Of a DNA stretch of 31,232 nt, positions 7,993-16,090 are shown piece after piece. The notes under the pieces were generated by a model. It worked only from the letters and a program-made list of their open reading frames with translations. It searched no databases and had not been told where the DNA came from. The DNA is from Chthonomonadales bacterium (lineage in GTDB: Bacteria; Armatimonadota; Chthonomonadetes; Chthonomonadales; Chthonomonadaceae). Position 1 is the stretch's first letter. Each line of letters begins with the position of its first letter. The DNA lies in NCBI GenBank assembly GCA_038217285.1, contig JBBQPO010000033.1:1-31232 (forward strand). The letters are read 5' to 3'. A program made the position numbers and the translations under genes.

Positions 7993-9090
7993 ATGAACCG
8001 ACGGGATTTTTTTGGGCATTCGGCCATCGTGAGCATCGGTGTTTGGGGCATGGAACGCTCCATTCACAAGGTAATCGGCATGCCAATAGAGACAGAACCC
8101 AACCAGAAATTGGGCGTTGCTTCGGCCAGTCGTTGGATCCGACCAGAGGAGCACGAGAAGCGACCCGTCTGGGGGATTCGCGGCGGCATTCAGGTGAGTC
8201 TGTGGCCCGCCGGTGTGGAAGGGCCGGGAGACGGCGGACCGCGCGGCCTCCTGCGAATCGGCTATCCGATCCTTGACGGCGGCAGGGGCGTCGGCCTTGT
8301 CAACTTTATCGCCATCGAGCCGGTCGTCAGCGGGCAACGCGGGTTTAGCGAACTCGAACGGAGCGACACCGATAAGCAGCCAGGGCGCGTATTTTGGACG
8401 GGGGAAACGGCTCAACCCGGCGGTGTGCCGCATCCAGGGACGGTTCGGACCGTCGATGGCGTAGAGCGCCTGTCGGTGCGTATGCATACCGAGCGTTTTG
8501 ACAACGGTGCGCAGGCGATTGTAGATATCGAGATCCGCGCCGACCGCCCCGGCGAACTCCAACTCACGACCTCCTCCGCGCCGGGAAGCGCAAAGATGGA
8601 CTACTGCACCCTGACGGCGACCATGGGCAACTACGCCCGGTTGCGCCTACTCTCACTGCGAGACGGTGTGATGGAAGCGGGGAGGGTCTGGCCTGACTTT
8701 ACGGGGAATGAGTTCACTGCGGACGCCTTCGCTCCACAGGACCGATTCGTTCACATGCCGGACGGGGATCTGGTCGTGTGCGCCACGTCGAACGAGACCG
8801 ATCCGCATTCTGTGCCGCCTGACCCCGTCGGTCCGGGCTGGGCCTACCGGGGAAGCTTTCCCCTGACACAGTACTGGCGCAAGCCCAAAGCGCAGAGCGA
8901 CGATCCGAGCCTCAAGGTCAGGGTGAACGGACGCCGCGTCTACTGGGCCACGCACAACCCTATACCGGGCGGGCTGGCCTACGAGAATTTCGACCTGGTG
9001 CAGCGGTTTAACGAAGGTCAGGTATTCGTGTTTGGACTGACCCGGCAGACGCCGGACGAGGTTGCGCACGGACGGATACAGAGTAGCTGA
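7993..9090 (+). CDS. Hypothetical protein with twin-arginine-like N-terminus
   Basis: 365-aa ORF beginning MNRRDFF; protein-like composition; co-oriented with rpiA, 20 nt upstream of it. Confidence 0.85.
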   Translation: MNRRDFFGHSAIVSIGVWGMERSIHKVIGMPIETEPNQKLGVASASRWIRPEEHEKRPVWGIRGGIQVSLWPAGVEGPGDGGPRGLLRIGYPILDGGRGVGLVNFIAIEPVVSGQRGFSELERSDTDKQPGRVFWTGETAQPGGVPHPGTVRTVDGVERLSVRMHTERFDNGAQAIVDIEIRADRPGELQLTTSSAPGSAKMDYCTLTATMGNYARLRLLSLRDGVMEAGRVWPDFTGNEFTADAFAPQDRFVHMPDGDLVVCATSNETDPHSVPPDPVGPGWAYRGSFPLTQYWRKPKAQSDDPSLKVRVNGRRVYWATHNPIPGGLAYENFDLVQRFNEGQVFVFGLTRQTPDEVAHGRIQSS

Positions 9091-9110
9091 AGTTGGGAGA
9101 AAAGAGTTTT

Positions 9111-9794
9111 ATGGACGCGAAAGAGGTGGCGGCGCGGGCGGCGCTGGCGTATGTGGAAGACGGCATGAAGCTGGGACTCGGCACCGGATCGACCGCCGCG
9201 CATTTCCTCCGGCTGCTCGGGAAGCGGGTGCGTGACGAGCGCCTCGATGTGCGCGGCGTTCCTACGTCCGAACGCAGTCGCATGATGGCCGTGGAGTACG
9301 GGATCCCGCTTTGCGATCTGTCGGAAGTGGAAGGGCTCGATCTGGGCGTGGATGGTGCCGACGAAACCGACCCGGACCTGAACGTGATTAAAGGGGGTGG
9401 GGGTGCCCTCGTGCGCGAGAAACTGGTGGCCTCCGCCTGCAAACAGTTTATCATCGTCTGTGATTCGAGCAAGGTCAAAGCGCAGTTAGGCGCGTTTCCC
9501 GTTCCTGTTGCGGTCCTTCCCTTCGGATGGACGATGACGCGACGACGCCTGGAGAAATTCGGGGTCGAGGTGACGCTACGAACGCTGGAGAACGGCGCTC
9601 CGTATCGAACCGATGACGGTCTCTATATTCTGGATATGCACCTGGGGCAGATACCGAACGTCCCGGAACTGGCAGGTGAGTTGAAAGCGATGGTCGGTGT
9701 GGTAGAAGTCGGGCTGTTCGTTGGATTGGCTACGAAGGTGATCGCTGGCTATGAGGACGGCCATGTGCAGGAGTTTGGCAGGAACCACGCATGA
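9111..9794 (+). CDS. rpiA: Ribose-5-phosphate isomerase A
   Basis: GLGTGST, DGADE, IKGGGGALVREK, GVVEVGLF. Start ATG 9111. Confidence 0.96.
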   Translation: MDAKEVAARAALAYVEDGMKLGLGTGSTAAHFLRLLGKRVRDERLDVRGVPTSERSRMMAVEYGIPLCDLSEVEGLDLGVDGADETDPDLNVIKGGGGALVREKLVASACKQFIIVCDSSKVKAQLGAFPVPVAVLPFGWTMTRRRLEKFGVEVTLRTLENGAPYRTDDGLYILDMHLGQIPNVPELAGELKAMVGVVEVGLFVGLATKVIAGYEDGHVQEFGRNHA

Positions 9795-9809
9795 CACTGG
9801 ACGAGGCGG

Positions 9810-9938
9810 ATGCGCCGTTGGCGGACTGGAAGGCGCGTCTTGCGTTGGCTGCTCTACCTCGCTCCCATCGCGACGCTCGCAATCATTCTTCTGGCGTGGT
9901 TCGGACTGCAACCACGTCTGCGGGAATATGACCTTTGA
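9810..9938 (+). CDS. Small single-pass membrane protein, 42 aa (below the ORF-track cutoff)
   Basis: MRRWRTGRRVLRWLLYLAPIATLAIILLAWFGLQPRLREYDL*. GAGG RBS just upstream; the TGA overlaps the next gene's TTG (TTGA). Confidence 0.6.
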   Translation: MRRWRTGRRVLRWLLYLAPIATLAIILLAWFGLQPRLREYDL

Positions 9939-11710
9939 CTACGACTCGGCAGCCTAGGCCTGCGGCGCTGCTTCTCCTCTTCACCCTACTGACCGCCCTG
10001 GGGTGTCCGAATACCCGCCCGTCTGGCGCACACACACTCGGCACGGCTGCCTCCTCGTCGTCTGCACCCCTCTTCCGTGAAGTCGCCGAATCAGTCGGCC
10101 TCCATTTTCAGCACTATAGCGGAGCGACGAAACAGAGATATTTCCCGGAGATCATGGGGTCGGGCGTCGCAATCCTCGACTACAACAACGATGGCGCCGC
10201 CGACGTCTTTGTCGTCCAGGGAGATCTGGTGGACCCCCACCAGAGGCAGGACGATGTGCTGTTCCCTCGGCCTGCGGGCCAGAAACCAGGCTGCCGTCTG
10301 TTCCGCAACGATCTTGCCCGTACCGGCAAACTCCACTTTACGGATGTGACCGAGCAGGCGGGCCTGGGACATCTCGATCTCCGCGCCGGTATGGGGGTCG
10401 CGGTCGGGGACTACGACAACGACGGCTTCCCCGACCTCTACGTCACGGGCTACGGACACAGCATTTTGCTGCGTAACAATGGCGATGGCACCTTTACCGA
10501 TGTTACACGGAAGGCGAAGGTCGGGGACGACGGAAACTGGGCGACAAGCGCCGCCTTTGTCGATTACGATCAGGACGGCAAACTCGATCTCGTGGTCGCC
10601 AACTATGTCGATTTTACGGTTGCCAAAAATCAAAAATGCACCTCGCTGTCAGGCTTGCCGGACTACTGCGGTCCTACCTCGTATAGACCCGTTTCCGCCC
10701 GTCTGTACCACAATCTGGGCGGCGGCAGATTCGCGGATGTAACGCAGGCTTCACATATTGGGTCGGTGCCTGGGGCTGGACTGGGGGTTGCCTGCGCCGA
10801 TGTTGACGGGGACGGATGGCCCGACATTTTCATTGCCAACGATCAGACCCCCAACACGCTCTGGCTCAATCAGCATAACGGCACCTTCAAGGAGGCAGCG
10901 GTACTGGCGGGGTGCGCCTACGGCGCGAACGGCTTTCCTCAGGCAAATATGGGGCTGGCGGTCGGCGACATCGACAACAGAGGCGTGGAGGATGTCCTGA
11001 TAACCCACCTCGCCACCGAAGGCGCGATGTTGTATCGCAACGACGGCAAGGCCAATTTTCGCGATTCTTCGGCGGAAGCGAACCTGCGCGACCCGACCTT
11101 TCGGACGACCGGTTTTGGCGCGGACTGGTTCGACTATGACAACGACGGGCGTCTGGATCTGTTTGTCGCGAATGGCGCCGTGGCGACGGAGGAGAAGCAG
11201 CACGGCACGGCGTGGCCCTTTCAGCAGGCCAATCAACTCTTCCACAATGCGGGGGCGGGCAAGGGCTTTACGGAAACTACGGGCGCTGCAGGGCCGGATC
11301 TGTCGTTGCAGGGAGTCGGCCGGGGCGTCGCCTTTGGGGACCTGGACAACGACGGACGCATGGACATCGTGGTCACCTGCAATAACGGCCCTATGCGCGT
11401 GCTTCTCAACCAGGTGGAGAGACGAAATCACTGGCTGGAGGTGCGGTTGGAGGGAGTAAAGTGCAATCGCATGGGACTGGGGGCGAAGGTAGGGATCGTG
11501 CGTCCGGGGCAAAAACCGGTCTGGCGGCGCTGCCACACGGACGGAAGCTACTGCAGCGCCAGCGATGCGCGCCTACATTTCGGTCTCGGCTCCGATTCCA
11601 CGCTTCAGGCGGTGCTCGTGCAGTGGCCGGGCGGCGCACAGGAGCGCTGGGACAACCTTTCGGCGGACAGACAAATCACGCTGCGGCAGGGGACGGGACG
11701 GTGGCCGTAA
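9935..11710 (+). CDS. CRTAC1-family protein (FG-GAP/VCBS repeats + ASPIC/UnbV domain), possible lipoprotein
   Basis: Repeated DYxNDGxxD motifs, PEIMGSG, C-terminal GSYCSASDARLHFGLG...VQWPGG, and a hydrophobic leader ending LTALGC. Confidence 0.9.
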   Translation: MTTTRQPRPAALLLLFTLLTALGCPNTRPSGAHTLGTAASSSSAPLFREVAESVGLHFQHYSGATKQRYFPEIMGSGVAILDYNNDGAADVFVVQGDLVDPHQRQDDVLFPRPAGQKPGCRLFRNDLARTGKLHFTDVTEQAGLGHLDLRAGMGVAVGDYDNDGFPDLYVTGYGHSILLRNNGDGTFTDVTRKAKVGDDGNWATSAAFVDYDQDGKLDLVVANYVDFTVAKNQKCTSLSGLPDYCGPTSYRPVSARLYHNLGGGRFADVTQASHIGSVPGAGLGVACADVDGDGWPDIFIANDQTPNTLWLNQHNGTFKEAAVLAGCAYGANGFPQANMGLAVGDIDNRGVEDVLITHLATEGAMLYRNDGKANFRDSSAEANLRDPTFRTTGFGADWFDYDNDGRLDLFVANGAVATEEKQHGTAWPFQQANQLFHNAGAGKGFTETTGAAGPDLSLQGVGRGVAFGDLDNDGRMDIVVTCNNGPMRVLLNQVERRNHWLEVRLEGVKCNRMGLGAKVGIVRPGQKPVWRRCHTDGSYCSASDARLHFGLGSDSTLQAVLVQWPGGAQERWDNLSADRQITLRQGTGRWP

Positions 11711-11731
11711 CGCGCAAAGAGGTGGCTCCGT

Positions 11732-13879
11732 TCAGCCGGCGAGGGTAGCTAGCAGCACCATCTGGGCATTGCACTTCTCAGCCTCGTGGAAGGGATGGCG
11801 GCGGATGTATCTACCGTCGGACTGAAGATCCCATGACTGGCAGTTGTCCTGAAGCAGGAGTTCGAGCACATCCGTTCGCAGCGAATGGCACAGCGCCGGG
11901 ACGCGAATCGGCACAATCACTTCGATGCGCCGGTCCAGATTACGCGCCATCCAGTCGGCGCTGCCGATATAGATCTCCTCGTCTCCCCCGTTGCGGAAGT
12001 AGAAAATACGACTGTGCTCCAGGAAACGGCCCACGATGCTCATGACGCGGATGTTCTCCGAGAGATCCTCGATGCCGGGGCGCAGGCAGCACATACCGCG
12101 AACGATCAGATCGATCTGAACGCCCTTCTGGGAGGCCGCGTAGAGCGCGCGAATCATCTCCAGATCGACCAGCGAGTTCATTTTGGCGATGATGCGGCCT
12201 GGGTTGTCGGGCGTATGTTTCGCAGCCTCCCGTTCGATCATGGCGAGCATACGTTTGCGCATGGTCACGGGGGCGACCAGAAAGTGCTTAAAGACGTCCT
12301 GCCGAGAGTAACCCGTGAGCAGGTTGAACAGGTCGGTCGCATCGACGCCGAACTCCGGGTTGCAGGTCAGTAGGCCGATGTCGGTGTAGATGGTGGCGGT
12401 TTTCGGGTTGTAGTTGCCCGTGCCGACATGAACGTACCGCCGAATGCCGTCCTCCTCGCGCCGCACGACCAACGTGACCTTACAGTGGGTTTTTAGCCCT
12501 ATCAGTCCATAGACGACGTGGACGCCCGAATTTTCCAGTTGTTTCGCCCACGTAATGTTGTTGGCTTCGTCGAAGCGGGCTTTCAGTTCCACCACGCAGG
12601 CCACCTGTTTGCCGTTATCCGCCGCTTCGATGAGAGCCGCCAGGATAGGGGAGTCTCCCGACGTGCGGTAGAGCGTGTGCTTGATGGCCAGCACCTGCGG
12701 ATCGGCGGCGGCGCGGCGTAGAAACTCAACGACGCTTCCGAACGACTGATAGGGATGGTGCAGCAGAACGTCTCCGTGCCGGATCGAGGCGAAGATGTCG
12801 GGCGCGCCGCGCAGGGCGGGGGCGATTCCCGGTACGAACGGGGGAAAGCGCAGCTTGGGAATATCGATGCCGGTGATGGAGAAGAAGTCCGACATGTTCA
12901 GAGGGCCGTCCACGACGTAGACCTCCTCTTCCTGCGCATCCAGTTCCTCCATGATCACGCGGCGGATATCGGGCGGCATCGCCTGGGTGATCTCCAGTCG
13001 TACCAGCTCCCCAAAGCGTCGCCGTGACAGCTTCTCCTCGATCAGCTCCATCAGATCGTCGGTCGCCTCTTCCTCCAACTCGAGGTCGGCGTTGCGCGTG
13101 ACGCGAAACGGAAAGCAGGCTTTCACCTCCATGCCGGAAAAGAGCCGCCCGATATGCGCGGCGATGACCTCCTCCAGCAGCACATAGTTCCAGCCTGCGC
13201 CCAGCGATACCAGACGGGGCAGGACGCTGCCGATCGGGACTTTGACACGCGCGAAGCGGTCCAGGCCGGTGACCGGATCATGGACGATCAGGGCAAGGCT
13301 CAGACTGAGGTTGGAGATATAGGGAAAAGGATGACCGGGATCGACGGCGAGCGGAGTGAGTACAGGAAAAATGGTGCGTTCGAAATAGTCTTCGACAAAG
13401 GCCTTCTGCGTCTGGCTCAGGTCGGCATAGCGGCAGACGCGGATGCCATGACGCGCCAGTTGCGGCAGCAGTTCCTGAAAACAGTGAAAGTGCGCTGCCA
13501 GCAGGGGAATGATCTTCTCCTTGATGCCCTGCAGCGTGGTCGCCAAAGCACGTTCCAGGGTATGACCATTCGTCTCGTCCTGAACGCGCTGCTGCATACC
13601 GGGCACATGCACCATAAAGAATTCGTCGAGGTTATTGCTGAAGATGGCGAGGAACTTGAGGCGTTCGAGGAGGGGATGACCGCTGTTTTGCGCCTCTTCG
13701 AGCACGCGCGCATTGAAGTCCAGCCAGCTTAGCTCCCGGTTGAAGAAAAGCTCCTGCGGCGAACGGTGGGCGCGTACCCGTCCATTGGAAGCCGTGCGTT
13801 TCGGGGCGGGCGCTGCCGACGACCGGGCGGTGGTGACCATGGTGAGTGAAGGCTCCTGCGTGGTGTGTGGTTCAGCCAA
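11732..13879 (-). CDS. ppk1: Polyphosphate kinase 1
   Basis: FNRELSWLDFNARVLEEA, PLLERLKFLAIFSNNLDEFF, LLHHPY (phospho-His), ELKARFDE, KTHCK, GRFLEHSR. Start uncertain; TTG 13879 overlaps the upstream stop. Confidence 0.96.
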   Translation of the reverse strand: MAEPHTTQEPSLTMVTTARSSAAPAPKRTASNGRVRAHRSPQELFFNRELSWLDFNARVLEEAQNSGHPLLERLKFLAIFSNNLDEFFMVHVPGMQQRVQDETNGHTLERALATTLQGIKEKIIPLLAAHFHCFQELLPQLARHGIRVCRYADLSQTQKAFVEDYFERTIFPVLTPLAVDPGHPFPYISNLSLSLALIVHDPVTGLDRFARVKVPIGSVLPRLVSLGAGWNYVLLEEVIAAHIGRLFSGMEVKACFPFRVTRNADLELEEEATDDLMELIEEKLSRRRFGELVRLEITQAMPPDIRRVIMEELDAQEEEVYVVDGPLNMSDFFSITGIDIPKLRFPPFVPGIAPALRGAPDIFASIRHGDVLLHHPYQSFGSVVEFLRRAAADPQVLAIKHTLYRTSGDSPILAALIEAADNGKQVACVVELKARFDEANNITWAKQLENSGVHVVYGLIGLKTHCKVTLVVRREEDGIRRYVHVGTGNYNPKTATIYTDIGLLTCNPEFGVDATDLFNLLTGYSRQDVFKHFLVAPVTMRKRMLAMIEREAAKHTPDNPGRIIAKMNSLVDLEMIRALYAASQKGVQIDLIVRGMCCLRPGIEDLSENIRVMSIVGRFLEHSRIFYFRNGGDEEIYIGSADWMARNLDRRIEVIVPIRVPALCHSLRTDVLELLLQDNCQSWDLQSDGRYIRRHPFHEAEKCNAQMVLLATLAG

Positions 13880-15283
13880 GGATGCTGTCTTCCATCATCC
13901 AGCCGGAAGCGGCGGCGCGCGGCGCGGCAGCCGGACGGATCAGGCCCAGCGCTTCGGCGAGATCGCGGGGGGTGTTGCCAACGACGCGCAGATCGAGCCC
14001 GGACTGGAGACGGGCCTCGTCCAGAGTGACGTCGTCCAGGAAGAGCGTCCCGTCCCGGAGGCAGATCGTCGGAAGATAGATCGTCGCATGGCGCTGGGCA
14101 AAGGCAGACACTTGCATCAGAATGTCCTGCGCTGTCAGCAGTCCTGCGATGTGGATGTCTCCGCCGAAGAAGTCGTTCTTGACCACGCAGACGTTGATAC
14201 TTACCCCTTCGATGCGGTTCAGGCGGTCGGCAAACTCCTGCACGACCGCAGCCGGCATCTCTGCGGTGACCAGGGTCGCCTCGACCGGAACGGGAACGCG
14301 CGTCGGCAGTCGGCGCTCCAACTGTTTCGCGTTCTCCAGAAACAGGCGAATGGTGCCGATGCCGTCTTCAAGTTGCGGAAAATCTTCGTAATGCGTCTTG
14401 CCCGGAACAGGCATCTCGGCGATGACGTACCACTCATCGGCGAGCCAGACGAATCGGGTGCCAAGCGTCGCCATGAACTCTTTTTCGCGCTGCGTGACCT
14501 GCGTGATCATCTGGCGGGCATAGTCTCGCTCGACATGGTGCAGACTGGGGAGTCGTTCCCGGAAGCGCGTCATCCCGACCGGCACCACGGCGACGGAAGG
14601 CACCCCGGCCCGTTTTCCGGTCACGCTGCGGTGTTCCGCTGCCAGCTCGCGGAGGGTTCTATCCAGGTTCACGCCGTCGTTTAAGCCAGGACAGAGCACC
14701 ACCTGCGCATGGACGTCTACGCGGTTGTCCGCCAGTTCTCGGATCTGGGGCAGAATAGAGGTCGGCTCGCGGCGGCCCAACAGGACAGCGCGGAGGTCCG
14801 GATCGGTGGCATGTACCGAGACATAGAGTGGGGAGAGGCGTTGCTCCAGAATCCGTGCCCACTCGTCGTCCGACAGATTCGTCAGCGTCACATAGTTGCC
14901 GTGCATGAAGGAGAGGCGGAAATCGTCATCCATCAGATAGAGCGATTTGCGCATCTTTTGGGCTGCTGATGGATGAAGCAGAAGACGCACTTGTTCTTGC
15001 AGGTATGCACCTTATCGCCCAGGTCGAACTCGAAGTTCAGACCGGCGTCCTCATCCAGGCCCTTCCGCAGCGAGAGCGTCAGTGGCAGGCCGTCCCGCTC
15101 GATGTCCAGTTTGAGCCGTGTCGCGCCGGAGTGAAACCGATAGTCCAGGATGTCGATTACGCGCCGTTCATTGACCTGACGCAGGAGATCGCCGACGCGT
15201 ACTCCGGCCTTCGCGGCCGGGCTATCTGCTTCGACCTCAGAGACGATCAACGCGTTGACGTTTTTAAGGAAAATTTCTGACAT
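13872..15283 (-). pseudogene. PDZ + CxxxCxxC + DUF512 (TIGR03279-type putative radical-SAM/FeS) protein, split by a 1-nt frameshift at about 14956-14959
   Basis: The 5' ORF (14933..15283) carries the PDZ domain and CKNKCVFCFIHQQPK. The 3' ORF continues MRKSLYLMDDDFRLSFMHGNYVTLTN...PLYVSVHAT...QLEDGIG. The junction CCC AAA AG ATG needs one more A to be in frame. Confidence 0.85.
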
Positions 15284-15319
15284 GGTCTCCTATTGTACTC
15301 TACATCAAGAGTGGAATCG

Positions 15320-15646
15320 TCAATTCTCGTCGATACTGTCGGAGTCGCCGCCTTCTAGCATCTGTTCGAAGTCGTCGTCCATATCCTCGCCCATCGCCGC
15401 CGTCATATCCCGCATCATGCGGCGCATGGTTTTCGGATCTTCGGAATCGCCGATAGACTCCATTTCGTCGGCGAGCGAATCCAGCGTATCGTCTTCGCTG
15501 CGGACGCGCGCGAATCGGGAGATCTGGCGATTCAGGATGGTGGATTGGCAGCGCGGACAAGCGGGGGGGGTGTTCTGGGCGACCATTCCGACCAGCTTCC
15601 GGAACTTTCGCCCGCATTCGCCGCACACAAATTCATAGATCGGCAT
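15320..15646 (-). CDS. FmdB-family zinc-ribbon protein with acidic/Met-rich C-terminal tail
   Basis: MPIYEFVCGECG...CPRCQS...RQISRF; AAGGGG RBS before ATG 15646. Confidence 0.9.
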   Translation of the reverse strand: MPIYEFVCGECGRKFRKLVGMVAQNTPPACPRCQSTILNRQISRFARVRSEDDTLDSLADEMESIGDSEDPKTMRRMMRDMTAAMGEDMDDDFEQMLEGGDSDSIDEN

Positions 15647-15687
15647 AAAACCCCTTTTTTCAGAACTTCGCAATGCTTCCGATTGGA

Positions 15688-16080
15688 CTATGGGGGCGCT
15701 TTCGGCGCGGTGATCGGTTCGACACGGTCGATATAGAGCCGTCCACTCGGGCCAACGCGATAGACGATATGCGCGGGTGCATCGACACGAAGCTCGGAGA
15801 ATCCGAAGACGGCTTCGGTGGGATAGATTTTGCCCTGAAACCGAACCAGAACGGAGGCGGGGATCGGCTTTTCGTAGTCGTCCAGTTTTGGACTGCGCCG
15901 GTCCACCACGATGGCGGTGCCCTCCCGAGGCGTCCCCTGCATTCGGTCGCGCTTCGTCGCCGAGCGCAGCAAGGGATCGAGCCCCAGAAAGGCAAGCAGC
16001 ACGACGCCGCCGACGGTCAGTATACCGACGCGCAGCCAGCGTTGATGTGTAGCAGGCGGTCTATTCAGTGTGCTTGTCAT
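15688..16080 (-). CDS. Hypothetical single-TM protein with a small beta-rich (OB-fold/DUF2500-like) C-terminal domain
   Basis: Hydrophobic segment VGILTVGGVVLLAFLGL; GAGGAG RBS; 10 nt from the upstream gene. The domain guess is by pattern only. Confidence 0.75.
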   Translation of the reverse strand: MTSTLNRPPATHQRWLRVGILTVGGVVLLAFLGLDPLLRSATKRDRMQGTPREGTAIVVDRRSPKLDDYEKPIPASVLVRFQGKIYPTEAVFGFSELRVDAPAHIVYRVGPSGRLYIDRVEPITAPKAPP

Positions 16081-16090
16081 CGGCTCCTCA

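Noticed and set aside
14950..14965. Programmed -1 ribosomal frameshift
   Set aside because: The CCCAAAA run is not phased as X XXY YYZ in the upstream frame, and the family is normally a single ORF.
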